From Eledone cirrhosa (lineage: Eukaryota): DNA of 64,000 nt. This document shows, in pieces, positions 1 to 12,920 of this stretch. The stretch is from positions 43,152,001 through 43,216,000 of the forward strand of contig OZ024740.1 of NCBI GenBank assembly GCA_964016885.1, in the 5' to 3' direction. How positions within the stretch are numbered: the stretch's first letter is position 1; each line of letters opens with the position of its first letter. Under the pieces are notes generated by a model. That model saw only the letters and a list, made by a program, of their open reading frames with translations. It ran no database searches and was not told where the DNA came from. A program made the translations under genes and the position numbers.

Positions 1-341
<341 letters not shown>

Positions 342-487
342 AGGATTAGAATACTGGAGCGTGTTTGAGTCAAACACCCTCTTCGTATTATAGAAATGAC
401 AGTAAAAGGTATAGCTCACTGCAGTTAAACAGTGCCAAAAAATTAAGAGAGTAAAACAAAGAATCCTTTAATACATCAAAAGTTTTT

Positions 488-532
488 ATTAGCCAACAAT
501 GTTTCGTCCTATTAAGGACTCATCAGGGCAAT
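488..532 (-). ncRNA. Minimal type I hammerhead ribozyme (GUU triplet)
   Basis: Reverse strand: GCC-CUGAUGA-GUCC-uuaaua-GGAC-GAAAC-auu-GUU-GGC. Confidence 0.8.
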
Positions 533-868
533 CAAAACAACAAGAGGTAATATCGGCAGATACAAGCCAGAAACTCTGAAGAATATGGAGTGTACATACA
601 CTAATGTCTTGCAAAGATATACGATAATAAAAATGAAAATAAAGATAAAAATAATAAAATTCTAATAACTAAGGATGTAGATAACATTAAGAACCATATT
701 ACAAATATAGTCCAAAGCCACCAACCTAAATCTAAACAAATTTGGTTATATAGAGCAGGAATTATATATAACACAATATAATACATTATAATAATAATAT
801 ATTTATACCAACATTAAAATTCCAAATTAAAAATCAAAAGGTACAATATATACATGTATATATGTGCG

Positions 869-1006
<138 letters not shown>

Positions 1007-1521
1007 ACAATACACATATCTATGTTCTATTACACAGAAATTAAGCCCTATTAGAAGTTTGAATATTAAAAATAAGCATGGTAATAGTGAAAATAATACT
1101 AATACATCTACCCAATATACATCTACCCAATATATATGATATAATTACAAGAAACACTTATAACAAATAATAAACAACAACATTATATAATTCAATACAA
1201 TATAATTTAGTAGAATAGATAATCCCCGGTAAATTTACAGAAACAATATAGATGTCACAATGAAATACAATGATAAGATGTTAACATTATATTAACAAGT
1301 ACCATAAACAATATATACAAAATGATTCATATTGGGTTACATAATAAATGAGGAAATATAAATCATATAATACTCCAAAAAACTATAATGGTACAGGGAA
1401 AAATTATGATGTTACAGAAAAAAATATGATGTTACAGAAAAAAATATACAGACATCTAACATGATATGTAAAGTCCAAATATCATAATGTTACATATTAC
1501 AATATTAAAATATTAAATATT

Positions 1522-1558
<37 letters not shown>

Positions 1559-2062
1559 ATTTTAATATTGTAATATGTAACATTATGTTATTTGGACTTT
1601 ACATGTCATGTTAGATGTCTGTATATTTTTTCTGTAACATCATATTTTTTTCTGTAACATCATAATTTTTCCCTGTACCATTATAGTTTTTTTGAGTATT
1701 ATATGATTTATATTTCCTCATTTATTATGTAACCCAGTATGAATCATTTTGTATATATTGTTTATGGTACTTGTTAACATAATGTTAACATTTTATCATT
1801 GTATTTCATTGTGACATCTATATTGTTTCTGTAAATTAACCGGGGATTATCTATTCTACTAAATTATATTGTATTGAATTATATAATTTTGTTGTTTATT
1901 ATTTGTTATAAGTGTTTCTTGTAATTATATCATATATATTGGGTAGATGTATATTGGGTAGATGTATTAGTATTATTTTCACTATTACCATGCTTATTTT
2001 TAATATTTAAACTTCTAATAGGGCTTAATTTCTGTGTAATAGAACATAGATATGTGTATTGT

Positions 2063-2095
<33 letters not shown>

Positions 2096-2430
2096 GCACA
2101 TATATACATGTATATATTGTACCTTTTGATTTTTAATTTGGAATTTTAATGTTGGTATAAATATATTATTATTATAATGTATTATATTGTGTTATATATA
2201 ATTCCTGCTCTATATAACCAAATTTGTTTAGATTTAGGTTGGTGGCTTTGGACTATATTTGTAATATGGTTCTTAATGTTATCTACATCCTTAGTTATTA
2301 GAATTTTATTATTTTTATCTTTATTTTCATTTTTATTATCGTATATCTTTGCAAGACATTAGTGTATGTACACTCCATATTCTTCAGAGTTTCTGGCTTG
2401 TATCTGCCGATATTACCTCTTGTTGTTTTG

Positions 2431-2474
2431 ATTGCCCTGATGAGTCCTTAATAGGACGAAACATTGTCGGCTAA
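2431..2474 (+). ncRNA. Minimal type I hammerhead ribozyme (GUC triplet)
   Basis: GCC-CUGAUGA-GUCC-uuaaua-GGAC-GAAAC-auu-GUC-GGC; complete catalytic core; AATAAA at 2473. Confidence 0.9.
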
Positions 2475-2875
2475 TAAAAACTTTTGATGTATTAAAGGAT
2501 TCTTTGTTTTACTCTCTTAATATATATATATATATGTAGAAGTTCTATTTAAATTGTTGGGATACAACAAGCAAATATTTTTATAACTGATATAAAGCAC
2601 TCAACAAATTATTGGAGTAGTATGTTTATATATACATACTACTGTACATCTGTATACATATATGTATGTACGTATACTTACATACATACTTACATTTAAG
2701 TAAGTGCTGTACTAAGAGTGAGAAATGAAATTTCGTTTCATTCTATTCCATTTATCGATTTCGGTGTGCCCGGCCGACTGAACTCACTCGATATGCAAAT
2801 TAGGCTGCTCAGCCGTTAATATGCATCAAGAAATTATATACTTTCAGACGTTCAACCATCTGACAGGAAAGTATA

Positions 2876-2916
2876 CGATGCTGACGATAGCTAATAAGCT
2901 TGAAACTAGTACATCG
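2876..2916 (+). ncRNA. Minimal type I hammerhead ribozyme
   Basis: CGAUG-CUGACGA-uAGC-uaauaa-GCUu-GAAAC-ua-GUA-CAUCG; 5-bp stem I; palindromic ACUAGU at stem III. Confidence 0.9.
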
Positions 2917-3315
2917 TTTCTGTGTCAGTGTTGAACAAAAAGGTGACGTGGTTGCCTAAACACAGTACGGCGTAATTCGGCTGTTTTTTGTTTACAAAGA
3001 AACAAACCCAGCATTATAATAAATGTTCTGTAAACCGATACGTGCATATAAATATGAGTGCATGTATGTATATATATACATACTACTGTACGTCTGTATA
3101 CATATATGTATGTACGTATACATACATACTTACATTTAAGTAAGTGCCGTACTAAGAGTGAGAAATGAAATTTCGTTTCATTCTATTCCATTAATCTTTT
3201 TCGGTGTGCCCGGCCGACTGAAGTCACTCGATTTGCAAATTAGGCTGCTCAGCCGTTAATATGCATAAGGAAAGTATATACTTTCAGACGTTCAACCATC
3301 TGGCAGGAAGGTATA

Positions 3316-3356
3316 CGATGCTGACGATAGCTAATAAGCTTGAAACTAGTACATCG
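3316..3356 (+). ncRNA. Minimal type I hammerhead ribozyme (second tandem copy)
   Basis: Identical to 2876-2916. Confidence 0.9.
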
Positions 3357-3582
3357 TTCCTGTGTCAGTGTTGAACAAAAAGGCAACGTGGTTGCCTAAA
3401 CACTGTACGGCGTAATTCGGGTTGTTTGTTTGTTTACAAACAAAGAAACCGAGCATTATAATAAATGTTCGGTAAACCGATACGTGCATATATATATGTG
3501 TGCATGTATGTATATATATATACATACTACTGTACGTCTGTATACATATATGTATGTACGTATACATATATATATATATATG

Positions 3583-4321
<739 letters not shown>

Positions 4322-4325
4322 ATAT

Positions 4326-4995
4326 TTCCGACCAAATCAACCACAGGAGGACAAATACTATGTGGGTATGGCGGAGGGTGGATTTAAGGAACGCTTCCTA
4401 AACCACCAGTCGACCTATAGGTACCCGGACCGACGTTCATCCAAGGATTTCGCGAGCCACGTATGGTCCCTCAAGGACTCAAGTATAGACTACACCATTC
4501 AATGGAAAGCCATCACTAAGTCTAAGCCAAACGAAAGGGGCAATCCGTCGTGTGGACTATGTATTGATGAACGAATAAATATTCTAAAGAGATTACGCAA
4601 TAGTGATTACCTAAACACGAGATATGAATTCTTCACACGTTGTCCACACGTCTGGAAAGACCTCTTACATAACTACAAAGCTCCGGATTGAATTACAACA
4701 ACATCCTTATTTTCTTATCAACTAGAAACTTTTCGGACTTTCGCAGTTATCTCCCTTGCACCTCTCGCACGCAATTTAGTATTGCCTGCGTGGGGTGATC
4801 GTTTCTGCGCACGCGTGTGCGTACGGTTGTCCTTCCTGTTCCGTATAATCATGTCCATTAAGAGCTGAGGATCCGTAAGGTGAAACAATTATTCTCGGTA
4901 TGGGGAACTAACTGTTGTGGAACCACTTATACCTAACTCGTCCCATGGACTGAGTCCTCTACCACTACGGATATTACCTTCCAGTGTTCTACCTC
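4326..4995 (+). mobile_element. 5'-truncated PLE: GIY-YIG endonuclease C-terminus (to 4691) plus 3'UTR with HHR
   Basis: [18 protein letters not shown]...CGLC...LNTRYEF..RCPH; similar to proteins at 6263 and 21508; inserted in (TA)n. Confidence 0.85.
4860..4897 (+). ncRNA. Hammerhead ribozyme, slightly decayed
   Basis: GAG-CUGAGGA-uCC-GUAA-GGu-GAAAC-aauu-AUU-CUC; stem III G appears mutated to A. Confidence 0.7.
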
Positions 4996-5031
4996 TCTCT
5001 ATATATATATGTATATGTATGTATATATATA

Positions 5032-5130
5032 TTGCCAGTGAATGTTTTCGTTGCCGACCCTGTGCAAGACATTTTAGATCATTGGCTGGGCTAAAAAGCC
5101 ACATTCGATCGCAGCGCTGTTAGTTGCTAT
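5032..5130 (+). mobile_element. RTE 3' fragment (C2H2 finger)
   Basis: CRPCARHFRSLAGLKSHIRS similar to the finger at 4070-4140. Confidence 0.6.
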
Positions 5131-5491
5131 CGTGTGTGTGTGTATAGATATGTTTATGTGTGTGCGTGTGTGTGTATATATATTATGTATATGTATAATA
5201 TTATTGTTGTTGTTGTCGTTATTATTATTGTTGTTATTATTATTATTATTGTTATTAATATATGTGTATGTATATGTATGTGTATGTGTATGTATATATG
5301 TGTGTATGTATGTGTGTGTATATATATATATATGAACATTTCAGGTTATCAATAATGTAGTGATAATATATCGTCACGTTAGAGATGAACAGCGTACGTG
5401 TAGGTTTGCTCAACGAGTATAAATTATATTCCGGAGAAAATGTAGAAAAGATGAATATAAAATGAAAGTGCTTTTATAAAGGAATTTATTA

Positions 5492-5612
5492 GGTATTGAC
5501 ATATGTTTCTGTAACAGACGGAATACCTATGTATCGCTGCTTGCGTAATCATATAATGTTAGCAAGTATTCGATAGAAAATGTATAATCAGTTGTCACTT
5601 CTTCAGAGATAT
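5492..5612 (-). ncRNA. Hammerhead ribozyme with ~75-nt stem II insertion (inverted-arm copy)
   Basis: Reverse complement of 7841-7957. Confidence 0.65.
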
Positions 5613-6262
5613 TGGATAATTGGAAAAAATCAGAAAAATTGAAGTATTTATATTAGTTGTAAGAAAGGAAGAGGATAGGGGATAGTATATGACAGATGGC
5701 AATTCAATTTACTGGTAAACAAGTATCTAAAATGTTTCTAATGAGAATACAATGAGTATATGGTTTATTTTATGTAAATAAGAATTTTTGGGAGTGCCTA
5801 TTTTAATCAATACTTGACCAATTGAACAATGGACAGGGCTGGTCGTTTGGTGTAGTAGTATTAATAGATATAAAGTGTCAATTAAGGAAGAGGGAGATTT
5901 TCACTGCTACTGAATAACAACAATGCTGGTAGCCTGCTGGTATATGCATTAGGGAATTGAATTAAGAAATCTCATTTTATGTATAGCAGTTTATATTAAA
6001 TGGTAAAGAATAGAAGAGTTGATAGAATTAAGACTAATAGAGAATGTTAATATGTATTTTGACAATCAAACGGAGATGGAGACAGGCGTTCAATCCTGGT
6101 AGTGTTTGTAATATGAAAATGTAGATTTTAAGCGATGGTTACAGTATAACGATCGCTCTATTCTGTTATTTAATAAAATATTTTTGGATTTCATAATACA
6201 ATATAATTCCATATTACACAATTTACAAAATTCCTGTCCGTGGTATATGCAGGCGCTATTAT

Positions 6263-7358
6263 ATGCTGTTCCATAAACTAAACGAGAACCTTAAATATGT
6301 AAATACGGGTTCTAAACATCCACCCTCTATAATTAAATCCATCCCTAGAAATATTTCCCTTAGAATCTCCCGCCTGTCGTCCAACCAGCAAACCTTCAAA
6401 GAACATGCCGAATATTATGATGATGCACTTAGGAAGGCTGGACACCTAGTCAATATAGAGTATATAGTCGACGATCACCAAAACACCCAAAATAAATCTC
6501 ATAGAGGTAGAAATAGCATAGAATCACCACCATACATACACTACCGCAATAGACACACTAATAGTCGCACACCACCAAACAGAAGGCGATGTAAAGAGTA
6601 TATATGGTACAACCCGGTCTATAACAACTCTATTAAAACCAATCTACCCTCACAAATCTTTCGATTAGTTAAAAAACACTTTCCAACATCACATAAATAT
6701 AATAAAATCTTAAACCCTAACACTATTCGACTTTCATATTCAACCGCCCCTAATATTGAACAACATATAAAAAAGCTTAACGCAAAACGGTTGTATAAAC
6801 GCCTTCCAACACATAACAATACACGTAAAACATCGGCTATAACATCACAAAACAACAAACAACATCCCGTCCTACCTAAGCAACCTCATCAACCCATCCA
6901 TGCCAATACAACAACGCAAAATTATAACTGTAACTGTGTCCAACCAGGAATGTGTCCGTTGAACAATCAGTGTCTTGAACGCAACATCATATACAAATGT
7001 ACTATCGAATCGGATAGCCAGAAGTGGTACTATGTGGGGTCCACAGCTACCTCCTTCAAATCTCGCCTTTATAGACATCGTTACTCAATAAAACATGAAA
7101 ACCAGCGTTATGTAACAACACTCGCAGACAAGGCTTGACAGCTGCGTGAAAATAACCAACAATTTAACCTAAAATGGGATATAATAGCAGCTGCCGCTGC
7201 ATAATCGCATGGACAGGAATTTTGTAAATTGTGTAATGTGGAATTATTTTGTATTATGAAATCCCAAAATATTTTATTAAATAACAGAATAGAGCGATCG
7301 TTATACTGTAACCATCGCTTAAAATCTACATTTTCATATTACAAACCCTACCTTGATT
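6263..7358 (+). pseudogene. PLE RT-thumb plus GIY-YIG endonuclease, premature stops
   Basis: SKHPPSIIKSIP, IWYNPVY, CNCx5CPLxxxC, KWYYVGST..FKSRLYRH, later CKLC; TGA at 7136 replaces Trp. Confidence 0.88.
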
Positions 7359-7840
7359 GAACGCCTGTCTCCATCTCCGTTTGATTGTCAAAATACATAT
7401 TAACATTCTCTATTAGTCTTAATTCTATCAACTCTTCTATTCTTTACCATTTAATATAAACTGCTATACATAAAATGAGATTTCTTAATTCAATTCCCTA
7501 ATGCATATACCAGTAGGCTACCAGCATTGTTGTTATTCAGTAGCAGTGAAAATCTCCCTCTTCCTTAATTGACACTTTATATCTATTAATACTACTACAC
7601 CAAACGACCAGCCCTGTCCATTGTTCAATTGGTCAAGTATTGATTAAAATAGGCACACCCAAAAATTCTTATTTACATAAAATAAACCATATACTCATTG
7701 TATTCTCATTAGAAACATTTTAGATACTTGTTTACCAGTAAATTGAATTGCCATCTGTCATATACTAACCCCTCTACATTTCCTTTCTTACAACTAATAT
7801 AAATACTTCAATTTTTCTGATTTTTTCCAATGTATCCAAT

Positions 7841-7957
7841 ATTTCTGAAGAAGTGACAACTGATTATACATTTTCTATCGAATACTTGCTAACATTATAT
7901 GATTACGCAAGCAGCGATACATAGGTATTCCGTCTGTTACAGAAACATATGTCAATA
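7841..7957 (+). ncRNA. Hammerhead ribozyme with ~75-nt stem II insertion
   Basis: CUGAAGA-a-GUGACA...UGUUAC-a-GAAAC-auau-GUC; palindromic ACAUAUGU; AATAAA at 7961; stem I weak. Confidence 0.7.
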
Positions 7958-8152
7958 CCTAATAAATTCCTTTATAAAAGCACTTTCATTTTATATTCAT
8001 CTGTTCTATATATATATATATATATATATATTTTCTTTTTATTTTATTTATTTATTTATTTATTTTTTTTATTGTTTTTTCTCTCGACAATGGCCATACT
8101 CGATAACGAGGGGGAAGCCATCATATATATATATATATATACTATTTCTCTA

Positions 8153-8188
<36 letters not shown>

Positions 8189-8461
8189 TAGAGAAATAGT
8201 ACAAACATTTAAACTAAGCTGCGTAAATCTGCAATGTGTACCCCATGTGTCATTTTCATATATCTCCTCACGAGCCGAAAAAAAGACAAATGAATGATCT
8301 AACTCATATGGCTGGAAGTATCTTCAAAGTTCGTGTACATATATTTCGATCCAGAAAAATGTATGCAACTCATGTCTTGCTATGCTCACTAAATTTGATA
8401 GTGTCTGTAAATGGGATGTTGCTGTTTGAGCATTATTATTGCTTACGTTTTGCTTTGCACC

Positions 8462-8602
8462 ACTGTTACGTCCCTTTACGGACTGAGTTCAAATCCCGCC
8501 GAGGTTAACTTTGCCTTTCCTCCTTACGGGGTCGCTAAAATAAAGTACCAGTAATACACTGGAATAATTGCTGGCCTTGTGCCAAAAAGTAGAAACAATT
8601 AT
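8462..8602 (+). mobile_element. SINE family A, 5'-truncated
   Basis: GAGTTCAAATCCCGCC B-box plus GCCTTT.ATCCTTACGGGGTCG.TAAAATAAAGTACCAG central domain. Confidence 0.85.
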
Positions 8603-8900
8603 TGCTTACATTTTTATCTTTCGAAATATATTGCATTATGTTTTAAATTTATACCTAAAAAGCGCAATGTGGGCTTTGCTAGAATCGAATGATTTTGTAA
8701 AGGGATTCTAAATATAAGTATTTTTGTTGATCTATATATAACCTGACTTATTTCTCTCCTGGCAACTATTTTTATGAAATTATTATCTTTCAAGTCTTAA
8801 AAATAAAACAAACATCTGTTCATAGTAGTTATATTGCACCTTGCAAACAATTTATATATATATATGAATCTACAGTATATTCAGTGACATTATATATTCT

Positions 8901-9089
8901 GGGCGGCGGATTGGCAGTATCGGTAGAGGGTCGGACGTTATGCTTTCCAGCATAGTTATGTCCCTTTACGATCTGAGTTCAAATCCCGCCGAGGTTGACT
9001 TTGCCTTTCATCCTTACGGGGTCGATGAAATAAAGTACCAGTAACGCACTGGCTAATTGCTGGCCTTGTGCCTAAAGTAGAAACAATTA
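8901..9089 (+). mobile_element. SINE family A, full length (tRNA-derived; Meta/Nin-like central domain)
   Basis: A-box-like TGGCAGTATCGG, B-box GAGTTCAAATCC, central domain shared by 7 or more copies in the window. Confidence 0.88.
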
Positions 9090-10051
9090 TATATTCTGTA
9101 TTTTTTTTTTAATTTGGTATTGTTCTCAGAAGGTTAAGTGCCGCTTTATTAAGCAGATGTTAATTGGGTTATATTAAGTGTGCACATAAAAAAAAGAAAA
9201 AAAAAAGTTGAATATTGAAAGTTAAAGGCAGGGAAAACGCTAGTCGCTATACCCCAGTTTGGCAGCCCCACCGAAAAATTGGCGATGGTATTGCGACGGA
9301 GAAAAGCCAGAAACACATGCTGCATCAGCTTTTCTGACATACGGGATCCTTCCTCAGGCGGGATACACAGTTGATTTTACAAAATGAAGAGGTATTTTGT
9401 GGACTGAAGCCACTAGACGTTTCGACGGTAATTGGCTCAAAACGGAAGCGGCCAGTTAATTCCTAGGTTTTGGTTATCATCTCCTCTCAGGGATGCGGGC
9501 GGCAGTGCCCTGGTTTCTGAAGGAAGTGGTACCATTGAAAGCGGAGAAAGTTTCGAAGCATGTTGTGTGACAGATTATAGATTTACGCCCCTCTTACGGA
9601 AATCCCTATCATGTTGTGTCTCTTAATATCATCGAAGTTGCGATCGAAAGACCCTAGTTAAGATTTGAAAATAAATTTTGAAATTTGTTCTTCTCGTGTA
9701 CGTAATTTTAATCGTAATACAACAACAGCCTAGTGATTCCACGTTTTGGTCGGATTCGATGAATAGTGGACCTCTCTAATAGACAGTACTCAAGGGATTG
9801 CGGGAGAAATAATGAATTGATGTGCGGGTGGAAACGTTTGAAAAGGACGGCGGATCGTGACAGGTACAGCACTAACGAAAAAGAAGTTAGATAGTGACAT
9901 TTGGAGCGTCATTGAAAAAACCTGAGGTCATGTTCTGAGCGCTGTTATGAAAAAGGGTGTATAGTCACAGTTGGAGAACCGTTAAGAAAGACAGTGTATG
10001 TTCAAGTTTGAAGAGAAATACATGGAAAGAGAAATATTGAAAGAGAGTGAG

Positions 10052-10118
<67 letters not shown>

Positions 10119-10142
10119 TTTGGATACAAACGTTCATGAATA

Positions 10143-10184
<42 letters not shown>

Positions 10185-10479
10185 CTGTGTGTGTGTGTGC
10201 GTGTGCGTGTGCGTGTGCGTGTGCGTGTGCGTGTGCGTGTGCTTGTGTGTGTAAACATGAGGGGTGATTCTAATTATGCTTACATAATATATGTAAGTGT
10301 GATATACAGAGACGAGCTAACTATTAACCATTGAGAGTAGTTATCAGAAAACTGACAAATCTCTTCAATATACAGTATATGCAAACACAAACAGAATTGT
10401 GTCTGAGATACCCTTCCATACATACGTTTTCTTAACGCGACAAAATCCCAGGTCTCATTCAATTACCGAGTGAGTTTGA

Positions 10480-10650
10480 ACTCGTCAAATCAAACCAATG
10501 TTTCCATTGGTCGTTCCATTGCTGATACTATCTACCTGTCACAACACCTGGCAATAAGAGCAACGTGAAATAAAGAGTCTTGTTCAAGGACATAAGGCAT
10601 CGCCCGGTCTGATTACGAATGCAATTCTGTAATTACTAAGTCACGCGCTT
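10480..10650 (-). mobile_element. CORE-type SINE, diverged
   Basis: GAGCAACGTGAAATAAAG..TCTTG.TCAAGGACA, as at 47430 and the reverse of 14930. Confidence 0.7.
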
Positions 10651-10696
10651 CTACTCCATATTTCGATATTAAAAAGCGAAAATTGAAACTAACATA

Positions 10697-10780
10697 ATTT
10701 GCTGGATCCACCTTTTATTTTGGGGATCCATTTTTTATTTGATGGATCCATTTTTTATTTGGGGATCCATTTTTTATTTG
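10697..10780. repeat. ~20-bp minisatellite x4 (GGATCCATTTTTTATTTG)
   Basis: Four tandem GGATCC-containing units. Confidence 0.9.
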
Positions 10781-11239
10781 CATACATAAAGGCTATTATT
10801 TGTATCAATTGGAATCAGTTATGTTGTATACTGTGTTAAGGCGTTGGTTGTGACGTGTTTATGAATGTTTTCGTGTGCACGTATGTGAGTGTGTGTTTGT
10901 GCATGCGCCTGTGAATGCGTGTGAGTACCACCCATGAGATGTCTGTAGGTGCATGTGTATCTGTAACGGCTACCCATAGTAGTTTTACATAATATAAATG
11001 TATCATTTAATTGCATAGTTTACTAGCTTGAGAAGACAAAATATTGACTGCCTTCATTTACTGCGGACCCGTTATTGAAGTGGGTAGAAATAAATATTTC
11101 CAGCTTGCATGGCAATATGATCGGACTTCCGAGGTAGACGTTTCTTTCTTACATTTTTCAATGTTCATTACTTATTAAATAGTAATTCAACAAATCATTT
11201 TGTTATCGACGTTATTAGGCATATAGTTTAATTAAGGTA

Positions 11240-12260
11240 TAAATAGTGACCCAGAGAAGAACAAAAAGCACGTAATCATGACGGGTGCAAATGCCATCGC
11301 ACTGAAATTCCTCTAGTTCTGGCCACGCGTCGAAATATGGTTTGCAAATGCCTGGACACAATTTGCTATTAAAAGCATCACTACTGATCTATATACCAAA
11401 TACTCATATGTGACAGCAGCGTTAGATGAAGAAACGGCAAGGAGGGTATTATACATTTTAATCAAACCGCTAGCTGTTTATAAATACGAAACCTTAAAAA
11501 ACAGATTCATCAAAACATTCCCATTGAGTGAATGAGGGTCGTCTGTCAAAATATTGGATACTGATGGGTTAGGCGTTTACTAGCCTTCGGAACGGCTGGC
11601 CAGAATGCAGGAGTTAGAGCATCCCGGTAAGACCCCTGGTTTTCTATCTAGGGAGATATTCCTACGGAAATTAACCCACCAAATTCAGTCCCTCGTAACT
11701 CAGACTTTCGGGAGTTATCAAGAGCTGTAGGCAAACATATTTTGTCTATATGTTACAATCGACACCATAAGGTCTGCTCCAAGCATGGTGATTTGACCTG
11801 GGATGATTTGTGTTTCAGTCACAAGAGGTTTGTAACCAGAGCTGCCAGATATAACAACCTTACAACCTCAAGAGTCCCTGAAACTCCAGGGTCGTTCACT
11901 GTTAAACATCCAGATGGCCAGAAAACACGATCAACTTCTCCTGTATGCCCTCTATCGGATCTCCGGACAAAGATTCTTAATCGACAGGGAGGTTGAAGTT
12001 AGCGTCATCCCGGCATTCGCAAATAACGTCATTATGGAGAATAAGGTCAACCTTTGGGAGCCGGTAATGTTTCTACAATCAAAGAAAATATAAACGCTGC
12101 ATTCTTTCCCTCCACATAGGCTCACAGAAATATATATGGGTATTCACCGACACTGATGTCCAGTAGACTATCATCGGAGAAGACTCCCTTCGGTCGATCT
12201 TCTGGGGAGACAACTCGTTAATAGCAACTCGTATGCATCTACAAACTCTGACAACATTTA
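11240..12260 (+). mobile_element. Decayed Ty3/gypsy LTR retrotransposon gag-protease relic
   Basis: Frameshifted LKFL*FWPRVEIWF..TQF..TKYSYVTAALD, LCFSHKRF..AARY, FLIDREVEVSVIP (aspartic-protease-like); PBS-like TAGTGACCC at ~11244. Confidence 0.7.
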
Positions 12261-12657
12261 CTCATGTTGCTCTATGAGGAAAAGGTTCCAAACACCATGT
12301 GGAGGAAAACGAGTCTCTTGCTAAAGCAACTATGCTTTCCCACTCTCGTATATCAGTATCACCCACTCTCACGATATATGCTTCTGTTATAGCCGGTGGA
12401 GGAGTTTTGGAACAACACATCAATGATAATTTTTCTTTCTTATATTTGTCAATGTTCAATACATTTAAATAATGATTTAACAAAGGAAGACAGTGAAATT
12501 GATCAAGGATTTCGAGTCTAGGAACAAGTAGCGATGTAATCACTACCTGCTAGTCAATATATCGATCTACCACGATCAACCAGCCCTCTGAAATTATCGT
12601 AAACCAATGAAAAAAATAACTACCTATCTTTGATTTTGGTTTTATTTTCATTGTTCA

Positions 12658-12740
<83 letters not shown>

Positions 12741-12769
12741 TGTGTGTGTGTGTGTGTGTGTGTATACGG

Positions 12770-12920
12770 CCTCAGCAGTTTCCGTCTAACGAAGTCCATT
12801 TAAAATGTATTGGTCCAACCAACAATATATTAGAATACATTTGCTTAAAGTTTCACGCGGTGGGACATTAGTCAAAACAACATGGTGGTGGTGCGAACCC
12901 CTTAACCATACGACCATTCC
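12770..12920 (-). mobile_element. Diverged SINE
   Basis: CAGTTTCCGTCTAACGAA... with tRNA-like head on the minus strand; related diverged copy near 51900-52030. Confidence 0.5.

Larger units (their letters stand above)
2628..3570 (+). repeat. Tandem direct repeat, ~440-bp unit x ~2.1, one HHR per unit (PLE pseudo-LTR tandem / retrozyme-like)
   Basis: 2630-3070 nearly identical to 3070-3515; HHR cores at 2881 and 3321 exactly 440 bp apart. Confidence 0.9.
5335..8008 (+). mobile_element. 5'-truncated PLE (Hydra-clade-like) with ~820-bp inverted copy of its 3' end
   Basis: RT thumb/linker/GIY-YIG at 6263-7360; 5443-6264 is the reverse complement of ~7178-8008; (TA)n flanks. Confidence 0.9.

Noticed and set aside
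7136-7138. In-frame TGA as possible selenocysteine/readthrough
   Set aside because: Aligns to Trp in the paralogue (LANKTW) and another stop follows; simple decay
9130-9960. GC-richer segment as a possible host exon (also 15900-16200 and 54900-55950)
   Set aside because: No convincing ORF or splice pattern; more likely old LINE relics but the motifs are too decayed to call
10697-10780. CRISPR-like short repeats
   Set aside because: No unique spacers, eukaryotic context, no cas genes
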